From Eledone cirrhosa (taxonomy: Eukaryota): a stretch of DNA of 64,000 bases. This document shows, in pieces, positions 39,162-53,317 of the stretch. Position 1 is the stretch's first letter. Every line of letters begins with the position of its first letter. The notes below the pieces were generated by a model, which worked only from the letters and a program-made list of their open reading frames with translations, was not told where the DNA came from and did not search any database. The stretch lies in NCBI GenBank assembly GCA_964016885.1, contig OZ024742.1, forward strand, positions 154,814,001 to 154,878,000. The letters run 5' to 3'. The translations under genes were made by a program, and so were the position numbers.

Positions 39162-42100
39162 TCGAAATTTAACAAAGGAATATAATAGACAAAATCCATG
39201 GGACTGAAAAGCAGAGACAGGAGGGTGGCCGAACATTTAGCACCTTCTAGCCCGGTCAGCCGCCCTTAAGTCGCCTGAAGATGTTTTTGAAGATATGACT
39301 ATATATTTTAATTTGAATTGAGAAATGCATCGATTTCTTATTTAGGCACAAAGCATGTCAATTTGGAGGAACGGAGCAAATGAATAAATAAACCCAGTAT
39401 GTGACTGGAGCTTTATTTTATCGACACTGGAAGGGTGAAAAGTAGAATTGAGCTCCGCAGCACTAGGAATCGGTATGTAAGGAGTTTGAATAAATACATC
39501 AATGGCAGGTTATTTAAAGCTCTGCCGTTTCAGCCACTCCATCAACCCTTGAATCATGTAATGGTATTTCTATCGGACTGTATGGGTTTGCTTTACTGGA
39601 ATAACATTTTCTTTTTTAAATGCACATGAAAATGTAATAAATATGTCACAAGATATGATTAAAACCTATCGCCATCTATTTCAAACACAATTTTTTAAGG
39701 TCGGGATCTTTCGAAACAGTGACAGTTTTTGACTTGTGGTCTTATATTTTAGGAAGCATTATAACATTCAGTCTGGACCATCATTGATATATAACCGTGC
39801 ATCCTCATATTGCTCATAGCCAATTGTGTACAGGTCAACAATGTGGCGCTATGTTTCAATGTCCACGTCGTTTAGAATCACGTAGTATGAAATTTATTTC
39901 CAGTATGACTTCTATCAACTCATATATATTGCAAATTTATATTATATACATATATGAAATAAATCGATGCTAACAGAATTTTATTGAAACTAACTCATGG
40001 ATTGTTCGATGCTTACATCTCAGCCTTATTCACTTCAAAATATAATGGATTGATTTTGCACTAATTTTGTTTAATTCAACCTAATCTAATTACACATGCC
40101 TGGCATAAAAACAGTCTACTTATATACAATCCTTAAGAATTCGCACAAAACTAATATAAATACGTACATGAAAATATCAATATTCTAAAGGAACATGTAA
40201 GTAAATTCGACACAATATATTACATTGCTTTTAGTCCAGAACATGAAGTGAAAATCAAAAATCTGGATACTGAGCCTTTTTAAAAGTTTTAGTATAATTC
40301 TAACCCTCGGCGGAACAAGATAATTAAAAGAATGTATGGATATATTTAGAGCATTCCACTGTAAGTGAAGGCTAATTGTAAAATGGCGACACCGAAACGC
40401 TGTGCATTTTATGTTACATATATCGGTTAAAATATCATCACAGATATGTGTCCAGAGAGACTTTCTAATAAGTGTTAGTCGGCTAAAGGCAACTACGGCT
40501 AATACTTTGAGCGGCTGCCAACTCAACTTTACTCAATTATATCTTATGACAATTACTTATCGAAGAAAGATAAGCTGACAAAGTAAATTATGTAATTCCC
40601 AAAGCATCTAAGAAAGCGCACAACCGGCTACCAATTCTCCGGAGGTTAACGACACCCACACTCTTCTCCACGAGCCCAAACGTACACAGCAACTTGGTCT
40701 GCTCTCATTGCTTTAGCGTTGTGTTGCTTGCGAAAGGGAAAGTATGCAGCAACACGTCCAATATATATATATAGATATAAAGTTTAATATAGAAATAGCT
40801 TATACAGGACTGGAACCGTTTCATTCATTGTGTGTTTTGTGTCACCCATTCATGATGTCTGTCATTTTGCGTTACAATTCCTAACCAGTTTTATTCCAAA
40901 AAACGTGCTATGCATTTCAGAAATAAAGCTGGTAAGGTAGAGTAATTACTTATAAACTACATGAATAAAGAAAAAAACTTTCATGCAAAAACGCACCCTC
41001 GAATATAATGGTATATACTTGTTTTATATCCATTCACGCGCAAACATAGACACACTAACACATAAACACTCACACACATATATACACAAACACAAAATTG
41101 TGCTCCTTCAGACATTGGGACATATAGGGTTTTACACACACACATTTGTGTTCTCACATACATGGTGACATTTCTGGGTTGCTTATCCATTCAAATAGAA
41201 ACATATACTCGTATTCGAGCGCAAACACTTGTTCTATCCCGCAGGCATAATGACATATCTTCATCCCATATATGTGCATTCACACATACCAACCACACAC
41301 ACACACAAACATGTTTCTTGAATACTGTAGGTATTTATAATGAAATTCACAGAAACAACAAGCATGCTCTGTGTGTGTGAATACACAAAAATATTCCTGC
41401 ACACACTGCTATTTCAATTTTTTTTTTTTTTTGTTAAATCTTTGTTATAGTTTTAGCCTATCCTATCGTCGTCAAAGTTTATATCTTTACTATTTTTATT
41501 TCATATTTCTCTATTTGGCAATCAGTTAAATTATGGGACCTAGTATATTATCAACGCTCACTATATACATGAACACTAGTATATTATCAACGCTGATTTC
41601 CTTTCTTCTTTTCATCACACCGATTTCTTTCTTTTCTTTCTCATCTCCTTCTGTGGGCCCAATGCCGTCATAGTGACATTTAAAACTTGGCGGATACCTA
41701 TTCCTCATCAGTTCGGCGCACAGATAAATTAATTCACAATGAATAAGAGAGCGAGAAAATGCAGAGGAAAGAGATGATGAATCAATTCCAGCATCTCCCT
41801 GGGACTTTAATGACCCACCGAAAGAAAAATCCTTGTTGCTTTCGATAATATTTGAAATTGGCTAATATTCTGAAAAATGCTGAAAAGAATTCTCATTTTA
41901 AAACATTACTGACAATTTCTCAAAATATGTTTATGTGTTTGTACATAAATATGTATATATATTTATAAATATAAGCGGTGAATTGGCGGTGTCGTTAGAT
42001 CGTCGATTAGTTGCTCTGATTCTCTGCGTTCTGAGATCAAAACACAACGATGTCAATTTTACTTTTCATAATGACGAGTTCGATAGAAAAGTAGCAGTTC

Positions 42101-42562
42101 TCATTATGCAGTCAAATCTTCCAAAATATCTCTATACCTCTTCTATCTCTGCCTTTTCTGGAAGACATCCGCAGTGTTCAGATCTGTATAGTGGATGGGG
42201 TCGTCAGTTTTAAAATGCCCAAGTCGTGTCTTTATGGCGCCCTAAATCTACAGGAGTTACAAGTCTTCTACAATCATATACATACGCGATATGTGTTTTG
42301 TGACTGACTTCACTTCAATATACACTGCCGTATTTATCTTTTAGTGTACTGACCAACTTGAGATTATAGCAGATCGATGCGCAGTAGAATCGAACTCAGA
42401 AACCCTTCTTTATTAAGCGAATTCTTAGTCACACAAACAAATCGACAACTACACCCAGAGGTTTTACGCGCTTCTGTGTGTGTGTGTGGGGCGGGGGGGG
42501 GGGGTATGTATACACTTAAGTACATATTCATAAACACAGCTAGCTATTTTCTCTTTAGATTT

Positions 42563-42630
<68 letters not shown>

Positions 42631-45272
42631 TAAATATATACATGTATATATATATTGTGTGTGTTTTTTGCGTATGTACATCTGTGTGTGCTGTTTACGT
42701 ACATAAAAGACTAACCTTTAAAAGAAGAAGAAACAAAATAATCGAGTGAGAGAAAAAAAAGCAGAACATTCATTTATCATTATAGCTAAGGATTGGTAAT
42801 GTGTTTGGGATTGGTCCCAACATTATTAATTTTCACTGTTTTGTTGCAATGGATGTGAAAATGTGGCTGGATCCTGCAGGGTTTGAACTTTAACGGTGAT
42901 TCATGAAAATATATAAACTAAATTACAATCGTCTCTCAAAATAGAATAAATATATGTTATTATTCACAATGATTTCACAAAAGGTTTTATGCGCTCATAC
43001 AGTCACGAGCAGACACAGATCCCTCCCACCCACTCATTGACACACCCTTGTTTTGATCCAGCAGAATATTACAGGATGTAGCAAGTGGAAGACAAGAAGA
43101 AACGTGATTAATTCGTCAACTCGATAATAAGAAAGACAAAATGTACCTCGGCGGAATTTGAACACAGTATGCTGTGACAAGGAATACATATCCAACGCAC
43201 TAACTACTCTGCCTAATCGACCGTTTAATGAAAATAGATGTAGTCTATTCTGTGAGCAGACGTTAATATTCTGATACCTTAATCAACACGATTGGATTGT
43301 GTAACATTAAAACTGAAACCTATTATAAAGGGCTCAAATTTGAGCAGAATGTCAATTATTTGAGAGCGAGAGAAAGAGAGAGAGAGAGAGAGAGAGATTT
43401 ACAGTTACTCCACCCGTATTTTATGTCTTCGTCACAAGAAGGATAAAAGGTACGCTTGATATCAGCACTATCTGATCTCACATTTAGCATAACAGGAAGA
43501 GGCCTATAAACTGGAACAAAGGGAAAATCGATTAAACTGACGCCAGTACTTGAACCGCAGAAATGACTTGACGAAGAGTGTACTCGATTAAATAGACTTG
43601 TATACTATAAATTCTCGAACCTGGAATGATAAATGGCAAGATTGACTTTGGTGAGATTTGAAATCAGAAATATTGATCCATAACTGTATATCACGATATA
43701 TCTTATTTAAACAATAGAACATAGGCATAAGTCACCCCTATTGTTCTCTTTGAATTGCTGTGGGGCTGAATGATATATCGATGCCTGTAATAGGTCACAT
43801 GTACTTTATACAATCAGCCCCAGGAAAAATTAGGCCCCGGCAGAATGTGCTTAGAACATACATAGAAACAGAATTAAATGAATATATAATTATGTATATA
43901 ATTATTTATGGCTGCGTCAGAGTAGGAAGAGAAGCAGCGATGACCTTTTCCAGGGCCTCTGAGATTGGTGCTAAATCAACAAATGATATTATAATATAAT
44001 AGGATGTAGCGCATCAAGATGTCGAGTTATGTTAATACTGGCGATAACGTCCGAATATTTGCCACAATGCTTTTACTTCTCACAGCACACAAAGCATTGC
44101 AGTCGGTGGGGTTAAACAATAAAAATAATTTATTCTACGGTGCAAGAAATTATATTTTGTAATCCCAGAATTTTTAACGCTGGGAAAATGTCCCCTAATC
44201 GGATAAAAAAATCAGGATTGCAGGGATTAGTTTGGGAGGTGTCTGTTCAGATTTGAATTTTACGTTCAAAACTTTCATTATCCGCACAGATCGTGCTGAA
44301 TATATTTTCCTTAATGTTGACTTTAAGAATGATAATGTGTAAGAATGATAATGTGAAATTAATGTAAGTTGTATTTTTTAATGTCACACTATGAATTGCT
44401 GTATGTACATTTTTCTTATGAAAACTAGGAAAATGAGGACGTTGAATAGGTAAAGGGGTAGAGAGTCTATTGTACATTTATTTTTTCCCATATTCTCCCA
44501 CAAAACTTGGGTCGAACCCTATTAATGAAAGCGAGCATTATCGCGAATAGGAGCGAGACTAGTAAAAAGAGACTATAAATCAAAGTGAATTCTTCACAAC
44601 ATATACATATAAATAAGATCACTAGGGAATAATTTGCTAGAAGGCATTAAATATTATATTGATTTCTAAAGGGAAAGTCGGTTATATCGACCCTACTGCT
44701 TAATTGAATATTTAATCGACTCAGAAAGTTGAACAGCAAAGTTGACGGCGGCAGGATTTGAACTTAGAAAGTAGAGCTTCGTAATTAAATAACGCAAAAA
44801 TGTGTGTTAATCGATCAAAGGATATTACCAATTAACCCACTTTATATAATATATTATATTGATCCCAAGACATATCTGGTAAAATATGATCAGGTCCCAA
44901 CGTAAAAGAAACATTAATAGTAACGTCGTAGGAATTTTAAATTGGTGAACACAAACCGGAGTAACTGAATAATTGAGAGTATCAGATCTGAGGATCTACA
45001 GATTTAGTTCTGGCGTTAATATAATAAATGCGAATTAAACAAAGGAATAGAATGAAGGAAGAAAAAAAGATATGGAAGGCGTGAATAATATAAATGAGGA
45101 CGAGGAGCAGGCGAGAAAACTGAATATAAACAGAAGTGAAAAATTAAATAGAGAAATGGAGGAAAGTATAGGAAGTAAACAAGTGAAAACGAAACTGTCG
45201 AAGAGAAGAGATGGGATGGAATTTCTTGATATAACTTGAAATGTGGGTAGCAAGGGTTTCTGGATATATATG

Positions 45273-45309
<37 letters not shown>

Positions 45310-45310
<1 letters not shown>

Positions 45311-45488
45311 ACAAAGAAAGTGTGATAAGAAAATAGGTGGACCATGACGCACCAGAGTACTCGATACTTTGAGTAGTAGAGTAGGCAATAGGAAAAGAGT
45401 AAGGACCCTGACAGCCTCTTCGATAGGTAGATCCGAACCAGCTGTCGAAACGGCCGGAGCTCAGCTGTCGGTGTCCTGACCTTTCCCT
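45310..45488. mobile_element. (TA)n-embedded short foldback element, family F copy 1
   Basis: Shares AGGTGGACCAT.ACGCACCARAGTACTCRATAC with 46370, and GTCGAAACG.CCGGAGCTCAGC.GTCGG with 47101. Confidence 0.75.
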
Positions 45489-46337
45489 ATATATATATAT
45501 ATATATAGAAAAAGGTCAGAATATATAGGAAAAGGTCAATATATATATATATATTGTACACATAACTTCTACGGGACAATAACTTTTTCAGTCATCACAA
45601 ATAATCAGAAATGTGATTTCATACGAACGAAACAGTTCTAGACCCGTAGACGTCATTTCTATATACGTAAATTAAAGACTACAGTACCCTACCAATGGAT
45701 TGAATACATTTTACTGCGGTCACCAACAGTTCCACTTCGGGATCCACCCGTAATTATATATGTGTGTGTGTGTGGAAGTATATCGAGCGAGAGAAAAACA
45801 ATAGGGCTAGTAAAGATATATATAGATGTACATATTTACATGAAATTTACGTGATTCTACAGGCGTGTGTAATGTGTATATATATATGTATTCATATATA
45901 TGTATATATATGAGCGTGTGTGTGTACATATAATCACATATTTATACAAACATACACAGGGTCACATATTCATATATGTGAGTGTGTGTGTGTCTGTGTG
46001 TGTGAACATATATTCATATATTTATACAAACGCACACACGCTCACATATTCATATATAGGTATATATGTGTGTGTCTGTGCGTGTGTGTGTGTGTGTGTA
46101 CATATATTAACATAAGATTACAAACACACACACACGCTCACATACATATGCATTTGTATGTGTGTGGAAGAATACATATGTATAGATCGAGGAAGAGATG
46201 TAAACAAATGAGTGAAGGAATGAATGCGTAAACGGAGGAATGGTGTCTGTAAGCTAAAGGGAAATCAGTCCAGCTTCGCTCTAGTTTACACTGCCGCAAT
46301 GTATAGATGTAGCGTGGCAAAATTCTGATAGTATGTG

Positions 46338-46369
<32 letters not shown>

Positions 46370-46371
<2 letters not shown>

Positions 46372-46500
46372 CGGAGGAAATGTGGTAAGGAACCAGGTGG
46401 ACCATAACGCACCAAAGTACTCAATACGAGTGGGTAATAGGAACGAGTAGGACCCCGACGGCCGAGCTCAAGCCGCTTCGACGGCTAATTCTGGACTAAA
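46370..46500. mobile_element. (TA)n-embedded short element, family F copy 2
   Basis: Same leader as 45310; flanked by (TA)n on both sides. Confidence 0.75.
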
Positions 46501-46628
46501 ATATATATATATATAGTAATAATAGAGTTGAAGACTAGAATCCAAAGAGAGCTCGATAAGGATAAATATATATCAAATATATATTATGGGTGTAAGCAGC
46601 GATTCTTTGCTTAAACTTTATTCTGTTA

Positions 46629-46704
<76 letters not shown>

Positions 46705-46732
46705 ATATATATTATATATATATATATATATA

Positions 46733-46907
46733 AGTGATACCGGTTTGGATCGGAGGTAACCACAGTAAGTAAGGTACTCAATACATTGCAGAGTTTAAAC
46801 GTTTTAATATAGAAAGGCTTCTACGGGACTAGAACTGTTTTATTTGTGAGAAAATCAGCTTCCTGATAATTTCTCACGAATGAAACAGTTCTAGTCCTCT
46901 TCAATAT

Positions 46908-46910
<3 letters not shown>
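46733..46910. mobile_element. (TA)n-embedded foldback element with a hammerhead-like remnant
   Basis: Hairpin at 46826-46897; the right arm reads CTGATAA-TTTCTCACGAAT-GAAA-CAGTTC-TA. Related to 45565-45650. Confidence 0.65.
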
Positions 46911-46962
<52 letters not shown>

Positions 46963-47062
46963 ACGTATGTGCATATGTATGTATGAATGTCTCTGATACA
47001 CCATCTCTCATCCTCTCCTTCTCTCCGTCTTTCTCTCTCTCCTTCTCTCGCTACACACACAC

Positions 47063-47100
<38 letters not shown>

Positions 47101-47102
<2 letters not shown>

Positions 47103-47280
47103 CAAAGAGGGTGTGCCAAGATATACCTGTTGGGCCACAACGCGCCAGAGTACTCGATACTTAGGGTAGTTGAGTGGGTAATAATAAAAGAATCAAGAAC
47201 CCGACGGCTGAGCTCCGGCCATTTCGAAAGCTAGTTGTCGAAACGCCCGGAGCTCAGCCGTCGGGTACCTGAATCGTTTC
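47101..47280. mobile_element. (TA)n-embedded short foldback element, family F copy 3
   Basis: Perfect 20-bp GC-rich arms at 47199-47218 and 47247-47266; same leader motif as copies 1 and 2. Confidence 0.8.
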
Positions 47281-47455
47281 ATATATATATATATGTATAT
47301 ATATATATATTATTCACTATGTCCTAGTGGTGAGTCTTGCTACTGTGGAGTTTCGCTTGTGCATTCAACAGTTTTCTCGAACCGTTGTGTAACATTCATG
47401 ACATAAACACAGGTACGGATACTTGGACACATATATGTACATAGGCGAGTGTTTG

Positions 47456-47496
<41 letters not shown>

Positions 47497-47497
<1 letters not shown>

Positions 47498-50190
47498 ATT
47501 CTTTTCTTACTTGTTCCATCCACCGGGTTGAGATCCTGCTGGAGCATGTGCATTATTACTACATTTTACTAAAGCCGTTTTTATCCATTCGACATTGACG
47601 CCTGAGGGAGTGTAAATTTTCCGCCCTCATTTGTGCTTCTTTTCTTATATTTCAGTTTAATTTAGGATCTTCGAAATAATAAATCGAGATGCATTTTGAA
47701 AACATCTACATTCACAACTTGTACATGTCTGTGGTTTTTTTTAGCATATTGATAAACTGCTGGTCAGTGGAATCGAAGATAGTGCTCTAGTTAGTCCTTA
47801 TACTAGATGCGGAGAATGGGACATTCGGCTCTACGCAATGATATCGTGTTCAGTGGATAGTTCATCTCCCAACCCAAAGTTTGATACTAGCTCTTCTTTC
47901 AGGATCTTCCATATGTATATCAATGCGCTTGTCTCACATTTTTGCTCCAAGGATTAGAGCTTTAATTATTTCACCCGCTTAAAGTAGCTGAGCTCCTACG
48001 CTGAGGGATTATTATAGATGTAGCTTCATTGGATTCATTCAAGTGATGCCGATAATTAGATACCGTGGCGTGAACATATCAAGTCCCAGTTCTCTAATGA
48101 TTTTGATGCAACGATTTCCTTCCCTCGCACTCTAGAGTACCCTTGTTGTAGTGAACCTATGTAAGCTTTTGATAGTGGCAGGAGTGTATTTTTGAGATGT
48201 TAAACTGGATATTGTTTTCTTCGGAGAAATTGAAAATGGCATCTAAATCTCCTAGCAGAGTTACATCTGCCAAGTTCTTGACTTCCTGGGCCACATTTGT
48301 GTCCTCAGCAAACCAACTGAGTGTGACAGCCTGTAATATCGAGGGCACGTCTAAGAGAGTCACCACTAGTAGCTCTGACCCACAAGACAGTTTCTTTAGA
48401 GAAAACATACTTTATTAATATTTCCATTGTGAAAGATCAATAGGCTGCGACGACCTGGGTTCTGCCACTCTCCTAATTTTCTCGCTATGCCAAGACTAAG
48501 TAGTATGCAGCATATCATTCCATATATAACGAAGATGTATCACGTGTAGGTCTGAGTTATGAAACGGCTGTTTCAGTACCAATCATAATGATGTAAAAGC
48601 TACGAAAGGCAGCTTCTTCGTTGATGAAGGCCGTTATTATTAAGTAAACTATTTTCCACTAGCAATGTGATCCATTCCCCTCTCCGTGATCCATTCCCCA
48701 TTCCGTGCTGAGATTTTGCTGATGTGACATCTGAGAGACCGATATGTCATATTTATCATCTGCTCTGTTTCATCCTTTTTGGAAAATACTTAATAAGCCT
48801 TCCTTTAACAATCCATGTAGTTTACTGTTTGTTGCGTGTATTTAGGGGCATTGATGGGAACCCGTCAAGGCTAGTAGTTGAATTTGACCTCATTTCATCT
48901 ATTCCTGATAATACACCTTTCTCCTTTTTATTGAAATAATTATCGGTTGCTGTGTGAAAAGCTGTGATACCAACGAACTTAACTAGTTTATTTACATTTT
49001 CCCACTCTTACATTTATCCTTTCATGGTCTGCAGTCATCAAACCGCTCTCATGGAACGATGGCCTTATTGTGTAGTGTAATGCAACAGGCATTTTTTTTT
49101 TCAAGTTTAAAGGAGGTTTAATTTTTGTGTTGTTTTATTTCATGTTTCTCTGGTTTCTCTTTCTGCTCTCTCCTTTTCATGGGAATGTTTGAAATCAGGT
49201 TCAATTTCAAGAAATGGATGCTTCAAATGGAATGGTTTACTGTCATTTAAATGTATATGAGACCTTTGTTATTCGAATCATTAGTTTGGTTCCATCTCTG
49301 GGATTATATTTTTGTGTCTTTTGGACATTTACTATGGAGTAAATGTAAGGCTTTTAACTTGCATGTTTGTCATGGCCTTCTTAAGCTTCATGTCAGCTCC
49401 AACATAAGGTAATTATTTCCCATTAGCAAGAAATACACCTTACTTTCGAATGTGTGTTTCCACATCTGCTATGTGAGCTGTTATGTGCGTCTCAGTAAGA
49501 GTTATACACATTTTCTGTCTCTGACATTTATCAGTTGCACTGGTGTGACATTTGATATTTAAGCGGTGGCCGCTGATGTGACATTCGGTTGGATGTTCGA
49601 GGTGGTAACGCCGAACATATTTTGGTAGTGGTCTTTAGTTCTGCTGCGCATGAATTTGATTCCGTATCTGATGTAGACAAGTCAACAGTTTACAATCATT
49701 TGTGCCATGCTTAACAAAGATTGTTGCTCAGCTCTTACAGTCTGTACTACAGCTAGATACCGTTAAGTCCTCGGAGCAGTACATGTAACCGAAACATATT
49801 TCCTGGGCGCAGTCAGTGTGATGCTTCCATCTGAAGAGTTTTGAATGAAGAAATTATACACAAAACGTACAGCATCTAGCATCACCGGAAGGCAAATTGT
49901 GCTTATTTCCCCATCTCAGCAGATCCCATTTCAAGATGAGCTTACTGTTTACTAATACTTTATTTTAACCAGGGTCTCTGTTTCTCAAATCTCTACTTTA
50001 TTTTCGCTTTTAGTTCTGATCTGTGTCCATAATCTGCTTGCTTATTGCCGGGCATTCATCGGATCTTCTACGTTTCTTGTAGTCATTTATTTCACTTGGT
50101 TTGGCTCCGTTCGTTTATCGGCTGTACTTGGGGTGACATTGTCTGAATTACCAGGTTGCTCGTCAACGGTGAAACACAAGCTCACGTTGT
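47497..50190 (-). mobile_element. Highly degenerate CR1-like LINE including its 3' tail
   Basis: LSWFAEDT (FADD motif) and DLDAIFNFSEENNIQFNISK in 48157-48408(-). The tail CTCCAGCAGGATCTCAACCCGG...GGAACAAGTAAGAAAAGAA lies at 47499-47547. The 5' limit is uncertain. Confidence 0.7.
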
Positions 50191-51110
50191 TATTTGTGTA
50201 TGCATGTATGCATGCATGTATGTATGTCGGGTCACTCTTGAGTGCTACTGGTAACATGTAACCCAGTACAACCTGTCGTATTGTCGGATCGTCGGCGACT
50301 AAACCGACAACCCCACCAGGTTTACTTGGCGAGGAGGGTGATTTTGGACACCCTGCAGGACAAAAACAAAACCTGACAAAGGGCGGAAGAACTTATAACA
50401 GTCAACGACCATCCAACAGTCTGTAAATATGTATATACACATGTACATATGTATGTATATGTGTATATACATGGATGCATGTGTATGTATATACGCGGGG
50501 ACATAAAAATAATCGGGCTGGACACCCAATCGCGCGGTTAAACCACTAGGAGTGAAGGACACCTAGCCTTTGTCAGGGCATTCTTCTAGAAGGCAACTCA
50601 GGAAACTACGATAACTCCGATATAAAACCTGCGGCTCAGTAGTTACCGATGATCTTGATCTTTTCTTCTTTTCGGGTTATAGCTACTGTCGCTCAGAGAG
50701 TGGGACTGGCTCAGTGCACAGTCTTTCCTCACTTTAAAAAATATCTTCACGCACAGGCATTGCACGATAGAATTAATTAATAATTATTAATAATGGTATA
50801 TCGTGCAATGGCCATGCTTGATAACGAGGGGGCAGCCATCATGTATGTATGTATTCATGTATGTATGTTTGTATTTATGCATGTATGCATGATATTCTAA
50901 CCACTTATTTTTAGTAATCCGCTGCATATGCAGATATTTCTGCGTCTGGGTTTCTTACATTGTCTGTGGGACTTATGGTTCCCCAGCGCTAATTTGGGCG
51001 GGATTGATGTCAGAGGTCGTTTAGCTCAATGGCTAGAGCTGTCTTCGGGTAACTGAAATATACCCAGTTCACACACCAACGCACATGCACGCACATGCAC
51101 GCACATACAC

Positions 51111-51525
51111 ACTCCCTCCTTAATCGCCAAGTACCCCTCTCACATCCATGACACAAATATTGCTCTTCGAATGTTGAAGTCCTACTATCCTGGTCCTTCT
51201 CGCCTTCTCTACACCCTGGATATCACATCGCTTTTCACCATCATTCGTTAAGATGATTGTCTCTGTCCGCAGACATTTTTTTAATGTACATCCTACACCT
51301 TACCTTCGTACTTCCATCTCCCTCTCTCTCTCTCTCTCTCTCTCTAACACTCAGCACACTCTCTTTACCCCCATCTACCTTCACCTCTCAGCGTTCTACA
51401 CTAAGCCATCGGGCACTAAATTATTTTTGATTTCAAACCCTCGCTTCTGACTCTGTTACTGTTTGTCTATTCCAAACAACTTACTACCGTCTGAAGAACC
51501 CGTATCGGCTGAAAGCAGAAATAAG

Positions 51526-51526
<1 letters not shown>
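51111..51526 (+). mobile_element. Penelope-like element deletion derivative: RT remnant plus hammerhead-like end
   Basis: 51111-51285 translates to LIAKYPSHIHDTNIALRML...GPSRLLYTLDITSLFTII, the PLE RT 'PSYI.DT...L...LL.T.DV.SLYT.IP' motif. CTGAAGA-ACCCG-TAT-CGGCT-GAAA at 51491-51514 lies just before (TA)n. Confidence 0.75.
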
Positions 51527-51612
<86 letters not shown>

Positions 51613-51722
51613 CGTTCTTCTTCTTCTTCTTCTTCTTCTTCTTCTTCTTCTTCTTCTTCTTCATTATAAGCGTACCCTAACTAGCAACTACTCAGCCATC
51701 CTATTCTCCATATATATATATA

Positions 51723-52312
51723 TGGAGAATAAGCAGGTGGAAGATTACAAGTATCTTGGCTTATATATCCCCTCCTCGAAAAAAGATTGTCTAACCAGGA
51801 AGGGTATGGCATGGTCAGCGTGCAATGACATGCACGCCATATGGACATCTCAACTTACCAACAAGCTAAAACTAGAAATATTCCAACCAACAATTAAGCC
51901 CATATAACTTTATGGATCCGAAACTTGAACACTAACATCACAACTTGAGAGGAGATCGGATGGCACATATACCCGCCTCTTAATGAGAGTGCAAAACCTA
52001 TCCTGGAAACGACATCCCACCTTGTCTAAAATCTATGGCAAACTCCCTCGAGCCTCTGCCCTTCTAAAATCCCGGAGAGCTCAATTTGCTGGCCACTGTC
52101 ACCGTGCCAGCAATGAAATCATATCCGCTCTCTTGCTCTGGAACCCGGACTCCAGCCTGACTAGGAGTAGGAAGCTGTCATTCCCTGACGTTATCTCTAT
52201 GGATACGGGAATCAGTAGACGGGACCTGGGGGCAGCGATGGGAGACAGGGAATTCTGGGGCATGAGAGTGAGATCCATCATCTCGACAGTAGTCGACGAA
52301 TGATGATGATGA

Positions 52313-52315
<3 letters not shown>
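51723..52315 (+). mobile_element. 5'-truncated RTE-clade LINE 3' end with (GAT)n tail, inserted in (TA)n
   Basis: VEDYKYLG...ILLYGSET*TL...DGTYTRLLMR...SRRAQFAGHCHR...DREFW, then a stop followed by TGATGATGAT. Confidence 0.88.
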
Positions 52316-52380
<65 letters not shown>

Positions 52381-52384
<4 letters not shown>

Positions 52385-52912
52385 AGCGAGGACGTGTGTG
52401 TGTCTGTGAACAAATTTGGTCACCTAAGGCTTTTTCAATTCCCAACCGAATTTGACCAAATTTTCTGTGCACGTTGCACCTGTCGCTAAGATGGTCACAA
52501 TTTTTTTTCAAATCGACCCACGTTGAGCAATAAAAAATCGATAGCAAAATTAATTTTTTTAAAGTGCATGTTGTAAGGGAGATAACAATGAAGACAAAAT
52601 CCTTATGGGATTTTCCATGCAAATTAAAAGTTACAGTTACTGAAGCAGGCACTATCTATGCTTCCAGGATATTGTGAATTTATTAAAAAAACTATTATTA
52701 CAATGAAGAAATCTGTTAAAACAAAATTTTCCTTCATTATCAGCATAATTTTATGTGTACAAAGATTGCACTAAATATTCGTTTGCATTAATTATTGGAT
52801 ACTTCTGCTTATTTTGACAGGTTGGGGACAAATAATTGTCTTCTTTTACTTCCTAGCTGTATATTCTTAGCATAACTTCAAACCCCGGGCAACGCCGGGT
52901 AAATCTGCTAGT
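52381..52912 (+). mobile_element. Non-autonomous Helitron/Helentron-type (HINE/DINE-1-like) element
   Basis: 3' hairpin CCCGGGCAACGCCGGG then CTAGT. The 5' part has a (TG)n/GTCTG microsatellite and AACCGAATTTGACCAAATTT, typical of this class. Confidence 0.8.
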
Positions 52913-52924
52913 ATATATATATAG

Positions 52925-53070
52925 TCGAACTTGCAGACTCGTTAGAATGTCCGATAGAGTGATTTGCGGTATATGTTTCGGCTCACTGCTGTTTGAGTTC
53001 AATTCCCACTGAGATCAACTTTGCCTTCCATCCACTCCAGGTGGATAAAAAGTACCGGTCAAATACTTGA
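52925..53070 (+). mobile_element. SINE family A, degenerate
   Basis: GAGTTCAATTCCCACTGAG...AACTTTGCCTTCCATCC...GATAAAAAGTACC. Confidence 0.7.
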
Positions 53071-53227
53071 GTAGATGATTCCTGTATATTTCGTTCTCAC
53101 TTCCATTCTCTTAGTTATTATCCTCCTCTGGAAGAAATCTGGTGTACTTCGCAGGTTTTGAAATGCCCTAGAAACGCCATATGTTAACACTGTCCCACTA
53201 CGACTCCCTCGGCATATACGGAAACTC

Positions 53228-53317
<90 letters not shown>

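Noticed and set aside
35499-41712. Other CTGATGA hits (about 35500 +, 37763 -, 41705 -) as hammerheads
   Set aside because: Each lacks either stem II or the GAAA/NUH half of the core; such hits are expected by chance.
50516-50600. HDV-like ribozyme (P1 GGGCTGG/CTAGCCT with G.U)
   Set aside because: There is no P3/L3 directly before the 3' P1 strand, no GG for P1.1 and no J4/2 motif.
51014-51078. tRNA gene (GGTCGTTTAGCTCAATGGCTAGAGC...)
   Set aside because: An A-box-like start is present, but I cannot build a cloverleaf or a proper T-arm; at most a decayed SINE head.
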